Shown piece by piece: positions 55,967 to 64,000 of a stretch of DNA of 64,000 nt. Position 1 is the stretch's first letter, and each line of letters starts with the position of its first letter. Origin of the DNA: Pseudomonadota bacterium. Its GTDB lineage: Bacteria > Pseudomonadota > Gammaproteobacteria > Xanthomonadales > Xanthomonadaceae. The stretch covers positions 3,813 through 67,812 of the forward strand of contig JAFEEL010000023.1 in the NCBI GenBank assembly GCA_018241125.1. The letters are read 5' to 3'. Position numbers and translations under genes: made by a program. The notes under the pieces were generated by a model, which did no database searches, had not been told where the DNA came from, and saw nothing but the letters and a program-made list of their open reading frames with translations.

Positions 55967-58324
55967 ATGCCGTTCACAGGTTCGCCGCCCACCAACCCCG
56001 CCACCGAACCGGTGACGCTGTCCTCGCGCGCGCTGCCGCGACGCGTGCGCACGCTGCTGGAAGGCATATTCGAACTGGTCACCGGCGAACTCGAGCGCGG
56101 GCTCACCGCCACCCTGGACGGTCTGGAACAACAGCTGTTCAAGCTGGCCGAGCAGGCGCGCAGCAACGACAGTCAGCTGCGTTGCCTGGAAGCCCTGGGG
56201 ACGATCAAGCACGGTCGCTTCGACCTCACGCCGCGCTTCGTGGCCCTGCTCGAATCCGGGCTGGCGGTGGTGCGCGATTCGGCGCATGCGGAAGCCGTCG
56301 CGGTCGAGGCGCTGGGTTTCAACGACCTGGCCCTGGTCGCCGAAGCGGACATGGACGAGACCACGCTGCTGCACGAAATCACCGCGCGCGCGGAGATGAA
56401 GGCCAGCTTGCCGCTGTTCCTGCTCAGCCAACGGTTCGGCGTGATCGCCGGCAAGCCCGCGCTGGATGCACACAGTCAGCCGATCGGGCCGGCGATGTTG
56501 TGTCGGCACCTGCGTCACGCCAGTCGCTGCTTCGAACTGCCGCCCGAACATCGACAGCTGTTGTTCCGGCAATTCGACCGCCATGTGATGAGCGAGTACG
56601 TGGCCCTCGTCGAAGCAGTCAACAGCTACCTCGTCAACCAAGGCGTGTTGCCGCATCTGGTGTACGTGCCGGCGCGGCACAAGGCCGGCCACCGCCAGGA
56701 GGAAACGCCAGCGCCTGCGCCCGTGGTACCGCCGCCGCGAGTCAGCGGCCGGCGCGCGAGTTCGCCGGCGCACGTGGCGGCCGAGCCCGGCGGCACGCCG
56801 CGCCTTGCCGTCGTCACCGGCTGGCCCGGCGAGGGCTTCGGCATCGCCGCCGCAGCGCCGCAGCGCCGGGCCGAAGACGCGATCTACACCAACTTGCGCG
56901 ACCTGCTGCACAACGCGCGCGGCCTGCCGCCGACCGGCCCGACGCCGACGCCCGGGCACGGGGCGGTCTCGACCGGCGACGTGCAGTCGGTGCTGGGCGT
57001 GTTGCAGCGGCGGCCGCCGTCCGCGGTCATGGTCAACGGGCAAATGCGTCCGCCGACGATCACCCACATCAAGCAGGACCTGCTCGCGCAGTTGCGCCAG
57101 ATCTCCGGCAACGAAGCGGCACCGGCGTTGCCCAGCGAAGACACCGACACCATCGATCTGGTCGGCATGCTGTTCGACGAAGTGATGAAGGACGTGCGCC
57201 CCAACAGCACCGCCGCGCACCTGCTCAGCCGCCTGCAGGTACCGCTGTTGCGCGTGGCCTTGTCCGACAAGGCATTCTTCAGTCAGACCGAACACCCGGC
57301 GCGGCAGGTGCTCGATGCGGTCGCCGAGACCGGTGCGTACTGGGCCGGCGAGGACGCCGCCGACCGCGAGCTGATCGGCAACGTCGAACGTCTGGTCGAG
57401 CGCATCAGCTTGGAGTTCGATGGCGACATCGGCCTGTTCAACACCCTGCTCAGCGATCTGGCCAGCCAGACGCAGGCGGTGATGCGCCGTGCCGAGCTGG
57501 CCGAGCGGCGCCACGTGGAAGCCGCACAGGGCCGCGAGCGACTGGCGATCGCGCAGGCGCATGCAGCGCGGATCATGGCGCAAATCACCAGCGCCCATCC
57601 GGTGCCGGGCTTCACCCGCTCGCTGCTCAATCAGGCGTGGACGGACGTGCTGGCCTTGACCGCGCTGCGCCACGGCGAAGATTCCGAAGAATGGCGTCAT
57701 CAAGTGGAGGTCGCCAACCAGATCGCCACCACCGCGGCCACCGCCAGCGGCGACACGCCGCCCGAAGCGGTCGACAGCGCGCAACAAGAGCGCCTGAGCC
57801 AGCACGTCGAACAATCGTTGATGCAAGTCGGCTACCACGCCGACGAAGCCACCGCGATCGGCCAGCGCCTGAGCGGGGTGGAGGAGGAGAGTGCGGAGTT
57901 GGCCAGTCGTACCGAGCTGGCCTTGAAGATGAAGACGCGCTCACGGCTGGGCGATCACACCGTCGCGGCAACCCCGAACGGTGAGTTGCCGCCGCTGACC
58001 GCACACGAAGAGCGCTGTCTGGAACGCGTGCGCGAGCTGCCGTTCGGCGCTTGGTTCGAGTTCGTCACCAACCAGCAGGGCGACTGCGTGCGCCGCCGCC
58101 TGTCGTGGTTCAGCCCGATCAGCGGGCACTGCCTGTTCATCAATCATCGCGGGCAGAAAATCGGCGATTACACGCTCGACACGCTGGCCCGGGCGATGGC
58201 GCGCAACCAGGTGCGCATCGTCGAACCCAAGCGCGAGTCGCTGCTGGATCGCGCCTTGTTCCGGGTCAAGGATCTGCTGCGCGGCCCGGCCCACGCCGCG
58301 CACGAAACCGGCGCCAAGGCATGA
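55967..58324 (+). CDS. DUF1631-family protein (function unknown)
   Basis: 785 aa (ATG 55967 behind AGGAAG; GTG 55964 also possible). N-terminal LDGLEQQLFKLAEQARSNDSQLRCLEALGTIKHGR and C-terminal GAWFEFVTNQQGDCVRRRLSWFSPISGHCLFINHRGQKI match the DUF1631 pattern as I recall it. Confidence 0.7.
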   Translation: MPFTGSPPTNPATEPVTLSSRALPRRVRTLLEGIFELVTGELERGLTATLDGLEQQLFKLAEQARSNDSQLRCLEALGTIKHGRFDLTPRFVALLESGLAVVRDSAHAEAVAVEALGFNDLALVAEADMDETTLLHEITARAEMKASLPLFLLSQRFGVIAGKPALDAHSQPIGPAMLCRHLRHASRCFELPPEHRQLLFRQFDRHVMSEYVALVEAVNSYLVNQGVLPHLVYVPARHKAGHRQEETPAPAPVVPPPRVSGRRASSPAHVAAEPGGTPRLAVVTGWPGEGFGIAAAAPQRRAEDAIYTNLRDLLHNARGLPPTGPTPTPGHGAVSTGDVQSVLGVLQRRPPSAVMVNGQMRPPTITHIKQDLLAQLRQISGNEAAPALPSEDTDTIDLVGMLFDEVMKDVRPNSTAAHLLSRLQVPLLRVALSDKAFFSQTEHPARQVLDAVAETGAYWAGEDAADRELIGNVERLVERISLEFDGDIGLFNTLLSDLASQTQAVMRRAELAERRHVEAAQGRERLAIAQAHAARIMAQITSAHPVPGFTRSLLNQAWTDVLALTALRHGEDSEEWRHQVEVANQIATTAATASGDTPPEAVDSAQQERLSQHVEQSLMQVGYHADEATAIGQRLSGVEEESAELASRTELALKMKTRSRLGDHTVAATPNGELPPLTAHEERCLERVRELPFGAWFEFVTNQQGDCVRRRLSWFSPISGHCLFINHRGQKIGDYTLDTLARAMARNQVRIVEPKRESLLDRALFRVKDLLRGPAHAAHETGAKA

Positions 58325-58665
58325 ACGAGCACCGTCGCAAACCCCGTCGACATCTCGATCGCGCGGTCGAGGTAGAGGACGTGATGACCGAAGCCGTGGT
58401 CGGCTGGCTGGGCAACCTGTCGGAATCGGGAATGCTGATCCAGGCCGGGCAGACCCTCGTCGAGGACGGGCTTTACCAGTTCCGCTTCAGCCTGATCGCC
58501 GCCGACGGCAACCGCCGTTCCATCGAAGTCGGCGCGCATCATCTGTGGGCAGAACCGGCGGCCACGCCCGGCCAGTCGTGGATCGGTTTCCGCTTCATCG
58601 ACCTGTCCGCCGACGACACCGCGCGCGTGCGCGAATGGGTTGCGGCCGATGCCAGTGCGCATTGA
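58321..58665 (+). CDS. PilZ-domain c-di-GMP-binding protein
   Basis: 114 aa. ATG 58321 overlaps the DUF1631 stop (ATGA). RxxxR (RRKPRR) and N-x-S-x-x-G (NLSESG) motifs both present. Confidence 0.8.
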   Translation: MNEHRRKPRRHLDRAVEVEDVMTEAVVGWLGNLSESGMLIQAGQTLVEDGLYQFRFSLIAADGNRRSIEVGAHHLWAEPAATPGQSWIGFRFIDLSADDTARVREWVAADASAH

Positions 58666-58671
58666 ACATGC

Positions 58672-58779
58672 CGTGAATGGTGATTCGTGAATGGTGATTC
58701 GTGAATCGTGATTCGGCAGAGCATGTGCTGTCGCTCTGGCAGTTGCCCATTCACGATTCACCATTCACGAATCACGAGG
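58672..58779. repeat. Inverted pair of heptad arrays (GTGAATG/GTGATTC x6 and ATTCACG/ATTCACC x4-5) around a 29-nt loop
   Basis: A 17-nt perfect complement (GTGATTCGTGAATGGTG / CACCATTCACGAATCAC) plus flanking partial pairing. The loop contains its own CAGAGC...GCTCTG stem. Confidence 0.9.
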
Positions 58780-58785
58780 ATCATC

Positions 58786-60096
58786 ATGCCCACCACCGCC
58801 TACCGCGACCACATCGCCACCTTGAGCGCACGCATGGATCGGGCGCTGGAGCGCTCCGGCCACGACCACGTGCTGATCGCCGCGGGCGTGGAGAAGATGC
58901 GTTTTGTGGACGACATGCCCTACCCGTTCAAGGTCAACCCGCAATTCAAGGCGTGGGCGCCGCTGACCCACCACCCGGACTGCTGGATCGCCTACACGCC
59001 CGGCAGCGTTCCGCTGCTGGTGTACGTGCAGCCGGACGACTACTGGCACCTGCCGCCGGCACCACCCTCGGGCTACTGGACGCAGGCGCTGGACGTGCGC
59101 GTGGTGCGGCAAGCCGCCGATGCCGCGGCGCATTTCCCGAAGTCGGGGCGCAGCGCCATCCTCGGCGAAGCCGACGCCGCGCTGCCCGGGTTCGTGCCCA
59201 ACAACCCGCCGCCGCTGGTCGACTACCTGCACTACCACCGATCTTTCAAGACGCCTTACGAAATCGCGATGATGAAGGTCGCCCAGCGCCACGCGGTGGC
59301 CGGGCACCACGCCGCCGAAACACGGTTCCGTGGCGGCGCATCGGAACGCGAAATCCACGCCGCGTATCTGGCCGCCAGCGGCCACACCGACCTCGATCTG
59401 CCCTACGGCAACATCGTCGGATTGAACGAACACGGCGCGACCTTGCATTACCAATATCAACAGGATAAAGCGCCCGCGCATTCACGCAGCCTGTTGATCG
59501 ACGCCGGCGCCGAGCACGCCGGTTATGCCGCCGACATCACCCGCACGCACCACGATGGCGATGCGTTGTTTGGCGCGCTGGTGGCCGGGGTGGATCGCGA
59601 GCAGCAGGCGCTGGCGGCCAAGGTGATCCCCGGGCAGGACTACCGCGATCTGCACATCGAGGCGCACCTGCGGCTTGCCGGCGTGCTGCAGGAACTGGGC
59701 ATCGTGAAGATGGCTCCGCAGACGATGCTGGATACCGGCGTGAGTTCGATTTTCTTCCCCCACGGGCTCGGCCATCCGCTGGGCTTGCAGGTGCACGACG
59801 TGGGCGCGTTCATGGCCTCCGACGCCGGCGACACGATTCCCAAGCCAGAAGGCCATCCGTATCTGCGCCTGACCCGCAAACTGGAAGCGGGCATGGTGGT
59901 CACGATCGAGCCGGGCATCTATTTCATCGATATGTTGCTGGCCAGGCTCAAGGCCGGCGCGCACGCCGGCGCGGTGGACTGGACGGCGATCGAACACCTG
60001 CGCGGTTACGGCGGGGTACGCATCGAGGACGACGTGCACTGCACCACCGGCGCGCCGGAGAACCTCACTCGCGAGGCATTCGCGGCCGCGCACTGA
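58786..60096 (+). CDS. pepQ: Xaa-Pro dipeptidase (prolidase)
   Basis: 436 aa from ATG 58786 (GAGGA 7 nt upstream). HIATLSARMDRALE...DDMPYPFKVNPQFKAWAPL is colinear with PepQ. HGLGHPLGLQVHD metal site. Confidence 0.9.
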   Translation: MPTTAYRDHIATLSARMDRALERSGHDHVLIAAGVEKMRFVDDMPYPFKVNPQFKAWAPLTHHPDCWIAYTPGSVPLLVYVQPDDYWHLPPAPPSGYWTQALDVRVVRQAADAAAHFPKSGRSAILGEADAALPGFVPNNPPPLVDYLHYHRSFKTPYEIAMMKVAQRHAVAGHHAAETRFRGGASEREIHAAYLAASGHTDLDLPYGNIVGLNEHGATLHYQYQQDKAPAHSRSLLIDAGAEHAGYAADITRTHHDGDALFGALVAGVDREQQALAAKVIPGQDYRDLHIEAHLRLAGVLQELGIVKMAPQTMLDTGVSSIFFPHGLGHPLGLQVHDVGAFMASDAGDTIPKPEGHPYLRLTRKLEAGMVVTIEPGIYFIDMLLARLKAGAHAGAVDWTAIEHLRGYGGVRIEDDVHCTTGAPENLTREAFAAAH

Positions 60097-60163
60097 AAAT
60101 CGCCCCCCCGGCCCGAGCGCTCGCCTTCGGCGCGGCGCGGGCGCATGATCGCGGTCGGGTGGG

Positions 60164-62368
60164 TTGCAGTCGGACGGGGTTGCCGGCGTGAACAAGCACC
60201 GCGCGCACGAACCGCAAGGCGCCAACCGCCGCACCTCGGCGGAGACGCCGGGCGATGCTCGCGTCGAAGCCTTGCAGGCGCGCATCGTCGAGCTGGAAGA
60301 GCGCGAGCGCCGCTTGCGCCTGTCGGTGCTGGCCAGCGACGACGAGATCTGGGAATACGCGATCGCCGAAGACCGCATCGCCTTCGAGCACGAGATCGCC
60401 GGCGCGGAGGGCGATTCCCCTGCGCGCATCGACCTGGCCGAGAGCGCATCCACGCCGCGCGGGAATGCCGCCGACACCGCCACGCCACCGTCCACCCTCG
60501 TGCGTGGCCAAGTCAGCGTCGCCGATTTCCTCGCCACCATCCACCCCGACCATCGCACGGCCTTCCTCGCCACGCTGGCAGCGATGAAAGAAGGGCGCAG
60601 CGCCTTCGAGGAAGTCACCATTCGCAGACAGCGCCGCGGCGGTGGCTGGGTGTGGGTGCAGTTACGCGGCCGGGTCGGCGCGCGCGACGACGCCGGAAAG
60701 CCGGTATTGATCGTCGGCTCGGCGCGCGACATCACCCGCATGCGGCACAACGCCGACCGCCTGCGGCTGGCGCTGAAAGCCGCCGGTGAAGAGCTGTGGG
60801 AGTTCGATTTCACCCGCAATCGCATCTGGCGTGAAAACGCGCTCGACCGGCAGGCCACGGCCGACTACGAGCACGCGCCGGCCACCGAGGTCTTCACTCG
60901 CCTGTGCCACCCCGACGACGTGACGCGGATCCACCGCATCTACACCGACTTGCGCTGGGGCAAGGCCACCGAGTTCCACGCCGTGTACCGCTCGCGCGGC
61001 GTCGCCGGGGACTGGCGCTGGATGGACTCGCACGGCTGCGCGGTGGACCCGGACGACCACGGGCTGCCCACGCGCATCATCGGCACCAATCGCGACATCA
61101 CCGAACTGAAGGAAGGCGAGGCACGCCTGCGCACGGTGCTGTGGGGCAGCGGCGCCGAGCTGTGGGATGTGGATCTGACCGCCGGCACGATCCATCGCAG
61201 CCATGTGCTGCCGGGCCTGAAGATCAATGTGCTGGGCGAGACGATCCGGTTTGCCGACCTGATGGGCGCGGTCGCGCCCGAACACGCGCTGGCGATCCGC
61301 GAGGGGATGGTCGCGCAAGTCAAAGGGCTGAGCGAGAAGCTGGAAGTGTGGTTCCGCCTTGAAACCGACGAGGGCGGCTGGCGCTGGGTGCACACCCACG
61401 GCACGGTGACCGAGCGCGATGCCGACGGTCGCGCGCGGCGCATGGCCGGCACCTTGCACGACGTGAGCGCGATGAAGAAGATCGAGGACGAACTGCGCGT
61501 GCTCAACGAGCAGCTCGAACAGCGCGTCGCACAGCGCACGGCGGAACTGACCCGCGCCAACGCCGAACTCGGACAGACCATCGCCCGCCTCGACGAAACC
61601 CGCGCGCAACTGGTCGAATCCGAGAAGATGGCCTCGCTGGGTGCGTTGGTCGCCGGCGTTTCGCACGAGATCAACACGCCGCTGGGCGTGGGCATCACCG
61701 GCGCCTCCCAACTGCTGGAGGAAATCGAGGCGCTCGAACGCGAACTGGCCGAAGGCCGCCTCGACGCTGACGGTCTGGGCGAACGCACGGCACTGATGCG
61801 CGAATGCGGCCAGTTGGTGCAGCGCAGCCTGCTGCGCGCCGACAAGCTGGTACGCAGCTTCAAGCAGGTCGAGGTGCGGCAGTCCAGCGAACCGGCGCAA
61901 ACGCTCGCGCTGGCCGATGTGATCGCCGCAGCGGTGCGACCGTTCGCCGGATCGCTGGCGCAAGGTTCGCACGCGCTGGCCATCGACTGCCCGCCCACGC
62001 TCGAACTGGAGACCTACGCCGGCGCGTTGCAGCAGGTGCTGACCGCACTGCTGGCCAACTCGCTCGAACACGCGATCGTGCCCGGCAAATCGCTGGCGAT
62101 CGCCATCCGTGCCGTCGACGCCGGCACCGAGGCACGGATCGAGCTCGCCGACGATGGCGCCGGCATGCCGCGCGACGTGCTGCTGCGCATCTTCGACCCG
62201 TTCTTCACCACCCGCCGTGGCTCCGGCAGCCTCGGACTGGGCATGCACATCGTCTACAACCTCGTCACCCAGCGGCTGGCCGGGCGCATCGCCTGCGAGA
62301 GCACGCCGGGAGCGGGCGCACGGTTTTCGATCCGCATTCCCAAGCGTGTGCCGGCGGCGGCAGGGTAG
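60164..62368 (+). CDS. Cytoplasmic multi-PAS sensor histidine kinase (no adjacent response regulator)
   Basis: About 730 aa (TTG 60164 or GTG 60188). Coiled coil, three PAS/PAC units (WRWMDSHG.., WRWVHTHG..), H-box GVSHEINTPLG, HATPase (DDGAGMP, GSGSLGLGMHIV). No TM segments. Confidence 0.85.
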   Translation: MQSDGVAGVNKHRAHEPQGANRRTSAETPGDARVEALQARIVELEERERRLRLSVLASDDEIWEYAIAEDRIAFEHEIAGAEGDSPARIDLAESASTPRGNAADTATPPSTLVRGQVSVADFLATIHPDHRTAFLATLAAMKEGRSAFEEVTIRRQRRGGGWVWVQLRGRVGARDDAGKPVLIVGSARDITRMRHNADRLRLALKAAGEELWEFDFTRNRIWRENALDRQATADYEHAPATEVFTRLCHPDDVTRIHRIYTDLRWGKATEFHAVYRSRGVAGDWRWMDSHGCAVDPDDHGLPTRIIGTNRDITELKEGEARLRTVLWGSGAELWDVDLTAGTIHRSHVLPGLKINVLGETIRFADLMGAVAPEHALAIREGMVAQVKGLSEKLEVWFRLETDEGGWRWVHTHGTVTERDADGRARRMAGTLHDVSAMKKIEDELRVLNEQLEQRVAQRTAELTRANAELGQTIARLDETRAQLVESEKMASLGALVAGVSHEINTPLGVGITGASQLLEEIEALERELAEGRLDADGLGERTALMRECGQLVQRSLLRADKLVRSFKQVEVRQSSEPAQTLALADVIAAAVRPFAGSLAQGSHALAIDCPPTLELETYAGALQQVLTALLANSLEHAIVPGKSLAIAIRAVDAGTEARIELADDGAGMPRDVLLRIFDPFFTTRRGSGSLGLGMHIVYNLVTQRLAGRIACESTPGAGARFSIRIPKRVPAAAG

Positions 62369-62379
62369 GCGGTGAACCC

Positions 62380-62428
62380 GAATTGTGAGTTGTGAGTCCG
62401 GAGTTACGAGTTATGAGTTGCGAGTTTT
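62380..62428. repeat. Heptanucleotide array, 7 units (GAATTGT GAGTTGT GAGTCCG GAGTTAC GAGTTAT GAGTTGC GAGTTTT)
   Basis: Read directly, starting 12 nt after the kinase stop codon. Confidence 0.9.
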
Positions 62429-62436
62429 GTTCCTCC

Positions 62437-62521
62437 TGTCATCCTGAGCGCAGCGAAGGATCTGCTTTGGGTGGCGACGCCCGCAGCGACGAACAGTAGA
62501 TCCCTCGCTTCGCTCGGGATG
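62437..62521. repeat. Long palindromic REP-like element, second copy (TGTCATCCTGAGCGCAGCGAAGGATCT ... AGATCCCTCGCTTCGCTCGGGATG)
   Basis: About 24-27-bp arms around a ~34-nt loop. Same family as 3486-3596. Confidence 0.85.
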
Positions 62522-62527
62522 CCAAGC

Positions 62528-62570
62528 TTTTCCTCGCCCCTCGCCCTCCCCCCTCGCTTCTCGCCGCCTG
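62528..62570. repeat. Heptanucleotide array, about 6 units (YCCTCGC type; G-rich on the minus strand)
   Basis: tcctcgc ccctcgc cctcccc cctcgct tctcgcc read directly. Ends at the pepP stop codon. Confidence 0.8.
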
Positions 62571-63896
62571 TCATCCGACCGCCAGCAACGCCTCGATCGC
62601 ATCGATCTCCCGTGGCACGCCCTCGGTCAGCACCTCGTGACCGGTCTTGGTGATCAGCACATCGTCCTCGATGCGCACGCCGATGCCCTGCCATTTGGCC
62701 GCCACGCCCTTGCTGCCCGGGGCGATGTACAGGCCCGGTTCGATGGTGAACACCATGCCCGGTTCGAGCTCGCGGAACGCGCCGGACAGCCGATACTCGC
62801 CCACGTCGTGCACGTCCAGCCCCAGCCAGTGCCCGGTCTTGTGCATGTAAAAGCGCTTGTAGTCACCGCTTTCCAGATTTTTTTCCAGCGTGCCCTTGAG
62901 CAGGCCGAGCTTGAGCAGGCCCTCGACCAGAGTGGCCACCGCGGCGTTGTGCCCGGCGTCATACGGTTCACCCACGCGCGCCTTGGCCAGCGCCGCCTTC
63001 TGCGCATCCAGCACGAGCTGGTAGATCGCGCGCTGTTCCTTCGTGTAGCGGCCATTGACCGGGAAGGTGCGGGTGATGTCGGATGCGTAGTTTCGGTACT
63101 CGGCGCCGGCGTCGATCAGCAGCAGGTCGCCGTCTTGCATCTGCGCGGCGTTGGCGACGTAATGCAGCACGCAGGCGTTGGCGCCGGCCCCGACGATGGA
63201 CTCGTAAGCCACCTGCGCGTCGTGGCGGCGGAAGTGGTGGACGATCGCCGCTTCGATCTCGTACTCGTACATCCCCGGGCGCGCGGTGCGCATGGCCACC
63301 ACGTGCGCATCGGCGGCGATCTGCGCCGCGCGGCGCATCAATGCCAGTTCTTCGCGGCTCTTGAACAGCCGCAGCTCGTGCAGGAAGTGCCCCAGTTCGA
63401 GGAACTCGTGCGGCGGGCGGGCGCCCTGCTTGACCTGTGCGCGCACGCGGTTGACCCAGCCGATCAGCTTGAGATCGAAATCGCTGTCGCGGCCGAAGTG
63501 GTAATACACGCGCGTGCGGCCCTCCAGCAGGCCGGGCAGGATGTCGTCCAGATCGGCGATCGGATAGGCGTCGTCGCAGCCGTATCCGGCCACCGCGCCC
63601 TCGATCCCGGCGCGCGGGCCGTCCCACGCCTCGCGCGCCGGATCGCGGTCGCGGCAGAACAGCAGGGTTTCGCCGTGCGCGCGCCCCGGCACCAACACCA
63701 GCACCGCCTCGGGTTCGGGAAAGCCGGTGAGGTACCAGAAGTCGCTGTCTTGCCGATAGCCGTAATGGGTGTCGTTGCTGCGGATGCGCGGCGGCGCAGC
63801 CGGCAGCACCACGATGGCGTCAGGACCGAGCATGCGCATGAGCTGCTTGCGGCGGCGTGAGAACTCGACCATCGGATGGGTCACGGGCTTGTTCAT
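62571..63896 (-). CDS. pepP: Xaa-Pro aminopeptidase (aminopeptidase P)
   Basis: 441 aa. AMP_N-type N-terminus (YRQDSDFWYLTGFPEPEAVLVL). M24 metal ligands (LIDAGAEY, HKTGHWLGLDVHD, FTIEPGLY, GVRIEDDV). Confidence 0.9.
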   Translation of the reverse strand: MNKPVTHPMVEFSRRRKQLMRMLGPDAIVVLPAAPPRIRSNDTHYGYRQDSDFWYLTGFPEPEAVLVLVPGRAHGETLLFCRDRDPAREAWDGPRAGIEGAVAGYGCDDAYPIADLDDILPGLLEGRTRVYYHFGRDSDFDLKLIGWVNRVRAQVKQGARPPHEFLELGHFLHELRLFKSREELALMRRAAQIAADAHVVAMRTARPGMYEYEIEAAIVHHFRRHDAQVAYESIVGAGANACVLHYVANAAQMQDGDLLLIDAGAEYRNYASDITRTFPVNGRYTKEQRAIYQLVLDAQKAALAKARVGEPYDAGHNAAVATLVEGLLKLGLLKGTLEKNLESGDYKRFYMHKTGHWLGLDVHDVGEYRLSGAFRELEPGMVFTIEPGLYIAPGSKGVAAKWQGIGVRIEDDVLITKTGHEVLTEGVPREIDAIEALLAVG

Positions 63897-63907
63897 GGGG
63901 GGTCGTC

Positions 63908-64000
63908 GGGAGATGGAGATTGGAGCGGGTAGCGGGTAACGGGTAACGGGTAGCGGGTAGCGGTAGCGGTAGCGGTAGCGGTAGCGGTAGCGGTAGCGGT
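63908..64000. repeat. Seven heptads (GGGAGAT..GGGTAGC/GGGTAAC type) decaying into at least 7 GGTAGC hexamers; runs off the window edge
   Basis: Read directly. 63927-63957 contains five GGG runs separated by 4-nt loops. Lies upstream of pepP. Confidence 0.9.

Noticed and set aside
58051-58665. A 204-aa ORF for the PilZ gene
   Set aside because: The first 90 codons overlap the DUF1631 C-terminus in another frame. PilZ motifs begin right after ATG 58321, which overlaps the DUF1631 stop.

Overview
High-G+C (about 65-70% by eye) chromosomal window. Gene content and order look like the core genome of a Xanthomonadales/Lysobacterales-type gammaproteobacterium; the taxon is an inference. Supporting synteny: pilMNOPQ divergent from mrcA; MoxR-DUF58-DUF4381-BatA-BatB/C-BatD; gmk-rpoZ-spoT-ridA-recG; yicC/rph-rdgB-hemW; B12 riboswitch-btuB. 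I call 49 protein-coding genes (one a 3' fragment at the left edge) and one cobalamin riboswitch. I see no rRNA, tRNA, CRISPR array, transposase, integrase or phage genes. Likely accessory parts are (a) a TIGR03032/DUF4915 gene plus a 1609-aa autotransporter, divergent from a MalT-like LuxR regulator-GNAT-OMP trio (5.7-16.4 kb), and (b) a low-GC MazF/RHH toxin-antitoxin pair next to gapA. I did not find a convincing novel multi-gene defence-type system. The most unusual property is non-coding: nearly every larger intergenic spacer is filled with repeats. (i) Phase-locked 7-bp tandem arrays occur at 11 or more sites; many are G3N4 (G-quadruplex-type) units and several form inverted pairs. (ii) 52- and 55-bp tandem arrays at two loci share a CTCACCACGAACGGGA core. 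(iii) 85-97-bp units carry CCCTCTCCC-GAAG-GGAGAGGG hairpins. (iv) Long palindromic REP-like elements recur. Other leads: a cNMP-sensor/EAL gene right behind the pilQ terminator, a translationally coupled DUF1631-PilZ pair, and a BatB-BatC fusion with a perfect 15-bp in-frame repeat. Start codons were chosen by eye (SD sequence plus homologue N-termini) and may be off. Repeat borders are +-5 bp. No similarity search or statistic was run.
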